Assembly (NCBI GenBank): GCA_963703955.1
Contig: CAVPGK010000018.1
Location: 1 to 64,000 of the forward strand
Length of the DNA: 64,000 nucleotides
Direction of reading: 5' to 3'
DNA from: Nitrospirota bacterium
Lineage (GTDB): Bacteria; Nitrospirota; Nitrospiria; Nitrospirales; Nitrospiraceae
Positions 10,804 through 22,275 of the stretch are shown here, piece after piece. The position numbers and the translations under genes were made by a program. The notes under the pieces were generated by a model, which saw nothing but the letters and a program-made list of their open reading frames with translations, was not told the origin of the DNA and searched no databases. The first letter of the stretch is position 1. Each line of letters begins with the position of its first letter.

Positions 10804-12471
10804 ATGAAACAACACCCCGCGTCCCGTCCCCCTGATCCCGCGCCCCTGCTGTTGGCAGCCGGTCTCTCGTCCGAGGAGGTCGCGGGGTTTCTAAGGCCAT
10901 ACGGCATTGAAGATGTGAAACGTGCGGATGCCAATCTCCAGGCTATGGCCGGTGAACCGCATTCCCGTCGGTTGCTGGCGAAAATCCTCGGGGAACTTCT
11001 TGATGCGGTCGGTCAGAGTGCCGATCCTGACCAGGCACTGACTCATTGGGAGCGTTTTCTCCAGATGGGAGGGAGCCGTAGCCAGGTCTTTCAATACCTC
11101 GCCGGGACGCCGCGTATGCTCCATCTCGTCTGCGCTATTTTCGGAAACAGTCCCTCGTTGAGTCAGACGTTGATCCGCGATCCGTTGCTCTTCTATTGGC
11201 TGGCTGAGGAACAGATACTGACCAGAGGCCCGACGCGCATCGATCTGGACCGTGCCCTCCGGGTAATGCTCGGCAATCTCAGGATGTCGGAGCTCAAGCT
11301 GGATCTGCTCCGCCGGTTCAAGCGCCGGGAGATGCTGCGTATCGGAATCCGCGATCTCCTCCGTCTCGCCGATGTTCCGCAAACCACCGCAGCGCTTTCT
11401 GATCTGGCCGCCGTGCTCATCCAAGCCGGTTATGACATCGTGAAGCAGGATTTGACAAAGCAGTACGGAACGCCGGCCCACCGTGATCGGAAAGGCGCCT
11501 GGGTCGAGACCGGATTCGCCGTGGTCGCGATGGGAAAACTCGGCGGTGGCGAATTGAACTTCAGCTCGGATGTCGACCTGATCTATGTGTACGCCTCGGG
11601 AGAGGGACAGACACGGGGACTCAGCGGTCACCCGTCCAGGATCCGATCGATTCCCAATGAAGAGTACTTCGAGTACCTGGCGCGCGGGCTGACGCGGGCG
11701 CTGACGGAGCATACCCATGAAGGCTCGGTCTTTCGGGTCGATCTCAGACTGCGCGCTGAAGGGTCTGTCGGGCAATTGGCCAGGTCGGTGGCTGGGTATG
11801 AACAATACTACCAGGCCCGCGGTCAGGGCTGGGAACGGCAAGCCCTGCTGAAAGCCTGGCCGATCGCGGGCGATGCGGCGGTCGGACGGGCGTTTCTCAA
11901 AATGGCCCGGCCGTTTGTCTTTGGACGGGGTGAGCGAGCGAAGGCTGGGCCCATCTTTGATGTGATTGAGCAGGTCAAGAGCATGAAGGCGGAAATCGAC
12001 GACAAGATGGCGGGACGGGGTCATGAGCGTCGCAATGTCAAACTCGGGATCGGCGGCATCAGGGAGATCGAGTTTCTCGTTCAAGCGGTTCAGATGATCG
12101 TCGGGGGGCGTCTTCCTCATATTCTCGATCGGAATACCATAGGCGCCCTGGGTCGATTTCGGCGCCAGGGTCTGTTGTCCACTGAGGATCATGAGGCCTT
12201 GACCCGGGCCTATGTCTTCCTCCGCGACGTTGAGCATAAGCTCCAGATGGTGCACGACCTCCAGACCCATGCCCTGCCCGAGGGACCGGACGAATTGACG
12301 CGCTGCGCCATCCGGCTCGGTTATCCGTCTCATGATCGACATGCGGCGATGACACGGTTCGCCGAAGATCACCGTCGCTACACGGCCGAGGTCCACCGGA
12401 TCTTCCGCAGCCTCGTCGATACGCCCGAGCAATCACCCTTGCTGAAGGCCGCCCTGAGGGCACGAGGGTAA
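10804..12471 (+). CDS. glnE: GlnE-like single nucleotidyltransferase-domain protein
   Basis: AMGKLGGGELNFSSDVDL, RVDLRLRAEG, WERQALLKA, NVKLGIGGIREIEF, LRDVEHKLQ. Confidence 0.88.
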   Translation: MKQHPASRPPDPAPLLLAAGLSSEEVAGFLRPYGIEDVKRADANLQAMAGEPHSRRLLAKILGELLDAVGQSADPDQALTHWERFLQMGGSRSQVFQYLAGTPRMLHLVCAIFGNSPSLSQTLIRDPLLFYWLAEEQILTRGPTRIDLDRALRVMLGNLRMSELKLDLLRRFKRREMLRIGIRDLLRLADVPQTTAALSDLAAVLIQAGYDIVKQDLTKQYGTPAHRDRKGAWVETGFAVVAMGKLGGGELNFSSDVDLIYVYASGEGQTRGLSGHPSRIRSIPNEEYFEYLARGLTRALTEHTHEGSVFRVDLRLRAEGSVGQLARSVAGYEQYYQARGQGWERQALLKAWPIAGDAAVGRAFLKMARPFVFGRGERAKAGPIFDVIEQVKSMKAEIDDKMAGRGHERRNVKLGIGGIREIEFLVQAVQMIVGGRLPHILDRNTIGALGRFRRQGLLSTEDHEALTRAYVFLRDVEHKLQMVHDLQTHALPEGPDELTRCAIRLGYPSHDRHAAMTRFAEDHRRYTAEVHRIFRSLVDTPEQSPLLKAALRARG

Positions 12472-12511
12472 GGGGTCAGGAGGGTGAGGTAGAAGCAAGG
12501 TCGGGCCAATG

Positions 12512-12544
12512 AAAAAGGCCGGATGGCTCACGCCACCCGGCCTT
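12512..12544 (-). terminator. Intrinsic terminator after groEL
   Basis: Minus strand AAGGCCGGGTGGC-GTGA-GCCATCCGGCC followed by TTTTT. Confidence 0.8.
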
Positions 12545-12596
12545 CCTGCTGAAAACGGACGGCTGACAGCGATTAGCTGTCAGCTCTTCCCGCTCG

Positions 12597-14593
<1,997 letters not shown>

Positions 14594-14816
14594 GCTGATC
14601 CCTCCTTAAAATGATTCAGAGTGCTGTGTCTCTCCTTCCTGAGAAACAGGAAAGAAACCGAGCAGCTCGGTTGGCTATAACCGGGCAGTAGATAGCTCTG
14701 ATGCCGATGAAGTCAAGGGGAGGGCAAGAATTTCTTTTCCAGACGCTCATGAGGTGCGCCATCACAGCGGAAATTATTGATCTTAAAGGGAGTAGAGGCA
14801 TCCAAAGGCGTCTGAG

Positions 14817-15803
14817 CTAAGTTCGCAAGCTATCGAAATCCTTGACCTCCTTCTGGAGATACTCCCGGAGGCGCTTAATGATGCGGGCTTCCAATTGTCT
14901 GGTCCGCTCCTTGGTGATGCCGTATTTTCGTCCCAGATCCTCCAGGGTTACGGGGGTCTCGGAGAGGATGCGGTTCCGGAGAATATCTTCCTCTCGCTCG
15001 CCCAACGTTCTGATGAACTCCGCCAACTTTTCCCGAAACACCGTTTGGAGTTGCCTCGTTGCCAGTTGCTCGTCAACAGGAATGTCATCAGCGGGCAGCA
15101 CGTCCAGCAGGGTGCCGTCGGTATCCTGGTTGAGCGGCTGATCGAGGGAAAGTTCCCAACTTCCCAGCCGCTGGTCCATCTCAATCACATCACGCTCGCG
15201 AACGTTGAGCCGATCCGCCAGCAGCTTCGTGTCGGGGGAAAACCCCTCCCGTTCCAGTTTGGACTTTTCTTTGCGCAGGTTGTAAAAGAGCTTGCGCTGA
15301 TCCTGCGTCGTCCCTACCTTGATCAAGCGATAGGTGTTCAGAAGGTAACGGAGAATGTAGGCGCGAGCCCACCACGCGGCGTACGCATGGAAGCGAACAT
15401 TTTTCTTCGGGTCGAACTTCTTGATGGCCTGCATGAGGCCCACATTGCCTTCTTGGATGAGATCCATCTGGTCGGCGCCGGTATGGAGGTATTCGGAAGC
15501 AATTGTGACCGAGACGCGAAGGTTCGCCAGGATCAATTTCACGGCGGCCTCGCGGTTTCCCTGGACTTGGTATTCGTAAAACAGCCGCAGCTCTTCTTCC
15601 TTCGACAAAAACGGGTAGCGGCGCACCTCTGCGAGATAATGCTGCAACGACGTGACCGGCGCGAGCGCCGTCGAAGGGTCGAGCCTATCCTCGCCCAATG
15701 ATTTTGGAGATGAAGATGGTTCGGAGTGCTCTTCGGATGCGGGGTCCGTGTCAACGTCCACGGCCTTCCAGCCCTGAGCTGAATTGGACTGTCGGTCCTT
15801 CAT
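14817..15803 (-). CDS. rpoH: RNA polymerase sigma factor, sigma32/RpoH-like
   Basis: DLIQEGNVGLMQAIKKFDP, RpoH-box-like QRKLFYNLRK, region 4 TLEDLGRKYGITKERTRQLE. Confidence 0.85.
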   Translation of the reverse strand: MKDRQSNSAQGWKAVDVDTDPASEEHSEPSSSPKSLGEDRLDPSTALAPVTSLQHYLAEVRRYPFLSKEEELRLFYEYQVQGNREAAVKLILANLRVSVTIASEYLHTGADQMDLIQEGNVGLMQAIKKFDPKKNVRFHAYAAWWARAYILRYLLNTYRLIKVGTTQDQRKLFYNLRKEKSKLEREGFSPDTKLLADRLNVRERDVIEMDQRLGSWELSLDQPLNQDTDGTLLDVLPADDIPVDEQLATRQLQTVFREKLAEFIRTLGEREEDILRNRILSETPVTLEDLGRKYGITKERTRQLEARIIKRLREYLQKEVKDFDSLRT

Positions 15804-16019
15804 GCCTCGTCCTGTCTGTGATGAGCCCAATCGCCGCAAAATCATCATTATAAACACATTGACACTGATAACAAAGCTGGCGCTCGATAATTCCAGGCGA
15901 GCCCACATTACGCCATCATATCCGCGTAGAATATGGTGACCGTGCGCTCTCGAAGGCTCACGTGGCGATCCTCGAGGAGAGCGGCCAGGTCAAGTATCAA
16001 GTATCGGGATGGATGACTC

Positions 16020-17246
16020 GTGATGGGATCACTGACGCGAGCGCTCAACAGCGGCCACTGGCCTTCGTTACTTGGGGCGTGGCTTCATTTTGAAGTCAGT
16101 TTCATGGTGTGGCTCTTGATCGGCGCCCTGGGGGTGTTCATTGGAGAAGAATTCGGTCTCACGGCGACACAGAAGGGCTTCCTGGTTGCCGTTCCGCTCC
16201 TCAGTGGGGCCCTGTTGCGGGTGGCAGTAGGGGCAAGCAGTGATATCTTCGGTCCAAAGTCAACCGGCCTCGTGATCCTGGGCTGTGAGTTTTTCGCCGT
16301 GCTCTGGGGCTGGAAAGGCGCGGCAACTTATGGGCAGATCCTCGGCGTCGGTCTAGCCTTGGGGGTAGCAGGGGCGAGTTTCGCCGTTGCGCTTCCATTG
16401 GCGAGCCGCGCCTACCCTCTCACTCATCAGGGATTGGCCATGGGTGTCGCTGCGTCCGCCAATAGCGGCACTGTCCTCGCGGCCTTTTTCGGTCCCCGAT
16501 TAGCTGAGATCGTGGGATGGCACGGGGTCTTCGGAATCATGGCCATGCCCATTCTCCTTGCGATCATTCTGTTTGCGGCGCTGGTTCGTGGAAATGGGCG
16601 GCAGGTCACCACTGAGGACGACCGGCATGGGTTGACACGCATGATCACGATGCTTCGGCAGCCGTCCGTGTATTGGCTCTGTTTCATCTACGCCGTCACG
16701 TTCGGCGGGTTCGTGGGGTTCTCAAGTTTCCTTCCCATCTTTTTTCATGATGAGTACGGAATGGGTCTGGTGACGGCGGGTTCCTTAACGGCACTGTGCG
16801 GGTTGGCTGGGAGTCTGACCCGGCCGGTTGGCGGCTATGCGGCTGATCGAGTGGGAGGTCTTAAGGTACTATTGGTTGTCTTTCCTGCCATCGGTGCCCT
16901 CACGGCGGTCGTCGCGGAGCTTCCTCAGGCCGGGTTGGCGGTTGGTCTGATGGTGACGGCTGTCGCGGCAATGGGGTTTGGAAACGGGGTTGTGTTTCAG
17001 GTGGTCTCTGATCGATTTCAAAAGCAAATAGGGATGGCTTCGGGATTGATTGGTGCGGCTGGTGGAATCGGAGGATTCCTGCTACCGGTTTGGCTCGGTT
17101 GGCTCAAAGATGTGACCGGGACATACCAAACCGGGTTTCTGCTGTTCGCGGCCGTCTCTGTGGCGGCGGGAGTGAGCGCATATCTCGTTCTCAGGCGCGC
17201 GCAAGGTTTATTAAATACGCTTGCAGAAGGCGGCGTGCCTCATTGA
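16020..17246 (+). CDS. narK: NarK/NNP-family MFS nitrate/nitrite transporter
   Basis: GHWPSLLGAWLHFEVSFMVW, LGVAGASFAVALP, TFGGFVG, RPVGGYAADRVGG, GFGNGVVFQ; about 12 hydrophobic segments. Confidence 0.85.
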   Translation: MMGSLTRALNSGHWPSLLGAWLHFEVSFMVWLLIGALGVFIGEEFGLTATQKGFLVAVPLLSGALLRVAVGASSDIFGPKSTGLVILGCEFFAVLWGWKGAATYGQILGVGLALGVAGASFAVALPLASRAYPLTHQGLAMGVAASANSGTVLAAFFGPRLAEIVGWHGVFGIMAMPILLAIILFAALVRGNGRQVTTEDDRHGLTRMITMLRQPSVYWLCFIYAVTFGGFVGFSSFLPIFFHDEYGMGLVTAGSLTALCGLAGSLTRPVGGYAADRVGGLKVLLVVFPAIGALTAVVAELPQAGLAVGLMVTAVAAMGFGNGVVFQVVSDRFQKQIGMASGLIGAAGGIGGFLLPVWLGWLKDVTGTYQTGFLLFAAVSVAAGVSAYLVLRRAQGLLNTLAEGGVPH

Positions 17247-17313
17247 CAGTCGGGAGAGAAAGACTTAAGTTGTGAAGATTACTCCTCAGCCGGGGGCTGG
17301 GAAACCGCATACT

Positions 17314-18528
17314 ATGGGACCCACATTTGACTCCATCGAACACGCGATCAAGGACATTAAACGGGGACAGTTCGTGATCCTCGTCGACGACGAGGATCGC
17401 GAAAACGAAGGCGATCTCGTCATGGCTGCGGAAAATGTCACGCCCCAAACCGTTAACTTTATGGCCAAGTATGGGCGCGGATTGATTTGCTTGGCCCTCA
17501 CGCCCGAGCGTGTGGAGGAGCTGCAGTTGCCACCTCAGGCCCACGAGAATACGGCCACCTTTGGCACCGCCTTTACGGTGTCGGTCGATGCGAGGCGTGA
17601 TATTACCACCGGAATCTCCGCGGCCGATCGGGCGACGACGATTCGGACGGCTATTGACCCGAAATCCAAACCGGCAGATCTCGCTCGTCCTGGACATATT
17701 TTTCCGCTCAAGGCGCAAAAGGGCGGCGTGCTGAGACGCGCAGGGCAGACGGAAGGCTCCGTCGATTTAGCGAGACTCGCCGGGACTCTATCCTGCCGGC
17801 GTGCTGTGCGAGATCATGAATGAAGATGGCACAATGGCCCGGGTACCGGAGTTGATGAAATTTGCCAAGCGGCACCGGCTGAAAATGGTGACGATCAAGG
17901 CCCTGATCGAATACCGCATGCACCGGGAAACGTTCATCAAGCGGGTGGTCAACGCCAAGCTGCCGACGATCTTCGGCGAGTTCGACACCGTCGTATTCGA
18001 AAATGAAGTGGACGGTGGCGACCCATATCGCTCTGGTCAAGGGAGCGGTGGATGGGGCGGTGCCCATCCTTGTGCGTGTCCATTCGGGATGTTTGACGGC
18101 GGATGTGTTCGGCTCGCTGCGGTGTGATTGCCGCGATCAACTCCACGGCGCGATGGAAATGATCGAAAAGGCAGGGGCGAGGGTGTGATGTTCTATCTCA
18201 ACCAGGAAGGGCGCGGCATCGGGCTTCTCAATAAGATTCGAGCCTATAAGTCTCCAGGATGAAGGCAGCGATACGGTGGAGGCCAACCTGGCAACTGGGA
18301 TTCAAGGCGGACCTGCGCGATTACGGCATCGGCGCGCAGATCCTCGTGAACCTCGGCTTGCGAAAGATCCGACTCATCACCAATAACCCACGAAAGATCG
18401 TGGGCATTGAGGGTTATGGTCTGAAGGTCGTGGAACGGGTGCCGATTGAGATCCCTCCGCGCGCCGCGAACGAGCGATACTTACGCACGAAGAAACACAA
18501 GTTGGGACACATCTTGTCGAAAGTCTGA
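17314..18528 (+). CDS. ribBA: Bifunctional DHBP synthase / GTP cyclohydrolase II (several indels)
   Basis: [59 protein letters not shown]. Confidence 0.95.
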
Positions 18529-18546
18529 CCCTCCGAACAATTGTTG

Positions 18547-18672
18547 GGATTTGTTGATCTGGTGATTTTGCTGATCTGATGAATGAGTGACGCCCTTCGT
18601 CTACAGTCAACAAATCGATAGATCAGCAAGTCAACAGATTCTTGTCGCCACAATCAGCAGATCAACAGATTC
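18547..18672. repeat. Inverted array of octamer repeats (TGATYTGN)n...(NCARATCA)n
   Basis: GGATTTGT TGATCTGG TGATTTTGC TGATCTGA, then GTCAACAA ATCGATAG ATCAGCAA GTCAACAG ... ATCAGCAG ATCAACAG. Confidence 0.85.
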
Positions 18673-18683
18673 TTGTGCCGGCC

Positions 18684-19205
18684 ATGATCATGCTTGAAGG
18701 AAACCAGGACGCTCGCTGCCTTCGCATCGGCATCGTAGTGAGTCGGTTCAACGAGTTCGTCACTGAGCGGTTGCTAGTCGGCGCGCTTGAGGTTCTGCAG
18801 AAGGCCGGCGTCCGCGAGGACTTCATCGAGGTGGCAAAGGTGCCCGGCGCGTTTGAGATTCCGCTGGTGGCCCGCCGCCTGGCTCGGGCGGGCCGGTTTG
18901 ACGCCGTAATCTGTCTGGGAGCGGTGATTCGCGGCGAGACTCCGCATTTCGAATACATCAGCCGGGAAGCCAGCCGCGGCGTCGCGCGAGCCGCGTGGGA
19001 GTCCGACATCCCCGTCATTTTCGGCGTCCTGACGACGGACAATGCGAATCAGGCGCTGGATCGAGCCGGCGCCATCGAGCGCAACAAGGGTGCAGAGGCT
19101 GCTCGCACGGCGATTGAGATGGCGGCTCTCATGAATGCGCTGCCCTTGACCAAGACAGGCAAGGCTCGGTCATCTCCCAGGTCCATGAAAACAAAAGGGC
19201 GATAG
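18684..19205 (+). CDS. ribH: 6,7-dimethyl-8-ribityllumazine synthase
   Basis: IGIVVSRFN, VPGAFEIP, LGAVIRGETPHFEY, PVIFGVLTTD. Confidence 0.96.
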   Translation: MIMLEGNQDARCLRIGIVVSRFNEFVTERLLVGALEVLQKAGVREDFIEVAKVPGAFEIPLVARRLARAGRFDAVICLGAVIRGETPHFEYISREASRGVARAAWESDIPVIFGVLTTDNANQALDRAGAIERNKGAEAARTAIEMAALMNALPLTKTGKARSSPRSMKTKGR

Positions 19206-19646
19206 ATGGGCAGCCGGCGGCATTCGCGCGAACGGGCGCTTCAGATTCTGTTCCAATGGGACATTCACGGCAACACCGACCACTGGTTGGCCGAATTTTG
19301 GAATCGGAACCAAGTCTCGTCCGACGTTCGCGAATTCACCGATCGCCTCGTTGACGGCGTCATGGCGCATCGCGTCGAATTGGACGCCTTGATCAGCGCC
19401 TCTGCCACAAATTGGACCATTGACCGGATGCCGATCGTGGATCGGAATATCTTGCGCGCGGCGCTGTATGAGCTGCTCTGGATGCCGGATGTGCCGGCCA
19501 AGGTCACGGTCAACGAAGCGATCGAGCTGGCCAAGCAATTCGCCGATGATGAAACGAAACGCTTCGTCAACGGTATCTTGGACCACGTGCTGACCACCGA
19601 TCTACGTCTGGAGTCCAAGCGAGCCGAAGCGGCCGTGAAGAATTGA
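19206..19646 (+). CDS. nusB: Transcription antitermination factor NusB
   Basis: [36 protein letters not shown]; follows ribH. Confidence 0.95.
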   Translation: MGSRRHSRERALQILFQWDIHGNTDHWLAEFWNRNQVSSDVREFTDRLVDGVMAHRVELDALISASATNWTIDRMPIVDRNILRAALYELLWMPDVPAKVTVNEAIELAKQFADDETKRFVNGILDHVLTTDLRLESKRAEAAVKN

Positions 19647-19757
19647 GGATCTGATGATTTGATGATCTGTTGATTTCATGAACTGGTGAATTTCCCGACC
19701 CCCAATTCATACAATCATGAAATCAACAGCTTAAGAAATCATCAAATCAACAGATCA
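19647..19757. repeat. Second inverted octamer-array hairpin
   Basis: GGATCTGA TGATTTGA TGATCTGT TGATTTCA TGAACTGG TGAATT, loop, then AATTCATA CAATCATG AAATCAAC ... AAATCATC AAATCAAC AGATCAG. Confidence 0.88.
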
Positions 19758-19769
19758 GAGGCAATACGA

Positions 19770-21128
19770 ATGATTGAACGCTACACGTTGCCGCGCATGA
19801 AGGCCATTTGGGATCTCCGCCACAAGTACGAGATCTGGCTGCAGGTCGAGCTGTTGGCGTGCGAGGCGCTCGAACGCGCTGGAGAAGCGCCTCGTGGGGT
19901 GTCGGCCCGTATTCGTCGAAAGGCCCGTATCGATCCGGATCGCATCGCGGCGATCGAAAAAGTCGTCAAGCACGATGTCATCGCCTTCTTGGAGTCGCTG
20001 ACTGAGCTGGTGGGCCCGGAGGGTCGCTTTCTCCATAAAGGTCTGACCTCCTCCGATATTGTGGACACGTCGCTTGCCGTGCAGATGGCGGAGGCGCTCG
20101 ACATGATTTTGGCGGACCTCGACGACCTGCTGCAGGTCCTCAAGCGGCGGGCGCTCGAGCACCGGGACACGGTGATGGTAGGACGCTCGCACGGTATTCA
20201 CGGTGAACCGGTTTCCTTCGGCTTCAAGCTGGCGATCTGGTACGAGGAAGCGCGCCGTCACCGGGACCGGTTGCGGACGGTCCGGGAAGAGATCGCGGTC
20301 GGCAAGCTGTCCGGAGCGATGGGAACCTTCGCGCATCTCGGTCCGGAAGTCGAGGCTTACGTGTGCAAGCGGCTGGGACTGAAACCGGACCCCGTCTCCA
20401 GCCAAATCGTGCAGCGTGACCGGCACGCGGCCTATTGTTCAGCGCTGGCGCTGTTGGCGGCGAGCATTGAAAAGTTTGCTACGGAGATTCGCCACCTTCA
20501 GCGGACGGAGGTGCTCGAGGCGGAAGAATACTTCTCCGAAGGACAGAAAGGCTCGTCGGCGATGCCCCATAAGCGCAATCCGATTGCGTCGGAGAACCTG
20601 TGCGGGTTGGCGAGGCTCGTGCGCAGCAACAGCCTCGCCGCACTGGAGGATGTCGCGCTGTGGCACGAGCGGGACATCAGCCACTCTTCGGTCGAACGCG
20701 TCATCATGCCGGACAGCACGATTCTGATGGATTATATGCTGGTGCGGTTCACCGAACTCATCCGGACGCTCTTGGTCTATCCCTCGCGCATGAAGCACAA
20801 TTTGGATATGACCGGCGGCCTGGTGTATTCGCAGCGATTGCTGCTCGAACTGGTTGAGCATGGCGCGCAGCGCAAGCAGGCCTATGAAGCGGTACAGCGC
20901 CATGCGATGGAGGCGTGGAAGGGCCGAGCCGGCTTTCAGGAATTGGTCGGCAAAGATCCGTTGATCACGCGGTATCTCAACGATGCCGAGATCAAATCAT
21001 GCTTCGATCCGAAGTACTATCTCCGCCATTTGGACACGATCTATCGCCGGGTGTTTGGGTCGTCTGCCGGAAAGGGAGCGCGGGGTCTGAGTCGTGGTAG
21101 GGTGACCGGGCGCAAGAGAAAGGCCTAA
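19770..21128 (+). CDS. purB: Adenylosuccinate lyase
   Basis: MIERY, HDVIAF, GLTSSD, GRSHGIH, GSSAMPHKRNP. Confidence 0.97.
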   Translation: MIERYTLPRMKAIWDLRHKYEIWLQVELLACEALERAGEAPRGVSARIRRKARIDPDRIAAIEKVVKHDVIAFLESLTELVGPEGRFLHKGLTSSDIVDTSLAVQMAEALDMILADLDDLLQVLKRRALEHRDTVMVGRSHGIHGEPVSFGFKLAIWYEEARRHRDRLRTVREEIAVGKLSGAMGTFAHLGPEVEAYVCKRLGLKPDPVSSQIVQRDRHAAYCSALALLAASIEKFATEIRHLQRTEVLEAEEYFSEGQKGSSAMPHKRNPIASENLCGLARLVRSNSLAALEDVALWHERDISHSSVERVIMPDSTILMDYMLVRFTELIRTLLVYPSRMKHNLDMTGGLVYSQRLLLELVEHGAQRKQAYEAVQRHAMEAWKGRAGFQELVGKDPLITRYLNDAEIKSCFDPKYYLRHLDTIYRRVFGSSAGKGARGLSRGRVTGRKRKA

Positions 21129-21205
21129 CGGGCTGTTGAAAAACCGGCGCGGTGGCTCTGTAAAAGCGTTGCGGGCAATGCCGCAAGCGATAACATACCG
21201 TTCTC

Positions 21206-21443
21206 TAGGATGTTCAAAAAGGCCGCCCAGCAAGACCGCAGCGAGGCGCACGGTGCGACGAGTAAGGAGCACCACGTGTGTGCGCGCCGGCGAGTTGGTG
21301 AGCCGGCAGTGTCTTCAAGCCGAAGCGTAGTCGTCTTCACCCGCCCCTGCCCCGAGCGCGCCGAGACGCGCTCCTTCCCGAGGCGGTACGTTGAGGCTTC
21401 GAGCGATGCGAGAACGAAGCTGGGCGCCTTTTTCAACATCCTA
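21206..21443. mobile_element. MITE-like non-autonomous element (238 bp)
   Basis: Terminal inverted repeats TAGGATGTTCAAAAAGGCCGCCCAGC / GCTGGGCGCCTTTTTCAACATCCTA; no coding capacity; related end GGCTGTTGAAAAA at ~21131. Confidence 0.8.
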
Positions 21444-21452
21444 CGAGTGAGC

Positions 21453-22271
21453 ATGGCTTGGTTGAGCAACGCGCGCCATGCGTGGATCACCGGGGCGCTG
21501 CTCATCATGGTGCTTCCGCCCGGTTGTTCATCAAAGGCGACGAGGTCTGCAGCCGGGTCCCCCGCGACTGCTCGGTCCGGGATCGAAACCGGGCCTCCGA
21601 TCAAATTCCACTTTGACTTCAGTAAGGGCGAGTTGGGATGGGAGGCGGACTTTTCCGACTATGTGATCTCCCAGCCCGATCTACGGTTGGTGGCCGAGCT
21701 CCGGCGCTTGCCGTTGGAGTTGAAGACGGACGCCAAAGGGTACTACCTTCAAGGGAACAATCAGCGTAACTATGATCTATTCATGTACCTCAAGCGCCGC
21801 CTCGGTCCGGAGGACGGCATCAAAGTGAATCAAGCATACCGTGTCGGCTTTCGGCTGACCTTTGCATCCGATGCGGGGAGTCAGTGTCTGAGCGTGATCG
21901 GCGCGCCCGGCGAGAGCGTGTTTCTCAAGGCGGGGGCGTCATCGCGGATGCCGCTGTTGGTCATGAAAGACGGCATGTACCGGTTGAACGTGGATAAAGG
22001 GGAAGTGAATATCGGCGGCAAAGACGTATCGCTGGTCGGGAACATTGCGAACGGCCTTCGGTGCAAAGATTTTCCCTCCCAGTTCCAGGTACCCTACGTC
22101 TCGCTCAAACGGGCTCACAAGCATCCGGTGCCGGTGCGAGCCAACAGCAAGGGAGAACTCTGGCTGCTGGTCGGGTCCGACTCGGCGTATGAGTCGGTCA
22201 CCGGAATCTATTATCAACAGATCGATGTCGAGCTGACACCCGTCACCGTGCCCGTGACGAAAGGGACTTGA
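21453..22271 (+). CDS. Hypothetical lipoprotein
   Basis: Hydrophobic N-terminus ending LPPGC, then a beta-rich domain (GWEADFSDY, DLFMYLKR, GAPGESVFLKAGA). Confidence 0.7.
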   Translation: MAWLSNARHAWITGALLIMVLPPGCSSKATRSAAGSPATARSGIETGPPIKFHFDFSKGELGWEADFSDYVISQPDLRLVAELRRLPLELKTDAKGYYLQGNNQRNYDLFMYLKRRLGPEDGIKVNQAYRVGFRLTFASDAGSQCLSVIGAPGESVFLKAGASSRMPLLVMKDGMYRLNVDKGEVNIGGKDVSLVGNIANGLRCKDFPSQFQVPYVSLKRAHKHPVPVRANSKGELWLLVGSDSAYESVTGIYYQQIDVELTPVTVPVTKGT

Positions 22272-22275
22272 TCCG

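Noticed and set aside
10653..10934. Overlap of the two GlnE-like genes implied by the 853-aa ORF call
   Set aside because: An RBS-preceded ATG at 10652 gives a non-overlapping start, and the extension looks non-coding.
14594..14816. CIRCE operator upstream of groES
   Set aside because: Only a GAGTGCT half-site near 14619; no matching TTAGCACTC at 9-nt spacing.
17247..17313. FMN riboswitch before ribBA
   Set aside because: The spacer is too short and lacks RFN consensus sequences.
18547..19757. CRISPR array
   Set aside because: Units are 8-nt, degenerate and inverted, with no unique spacers and no cas genes in the window.
21210..21452. 81-aa N-terminal extension of the lipoprotein ORF
   Set aside because: It is read-through of the MITE; the signal peptide begins at ATG 21453.
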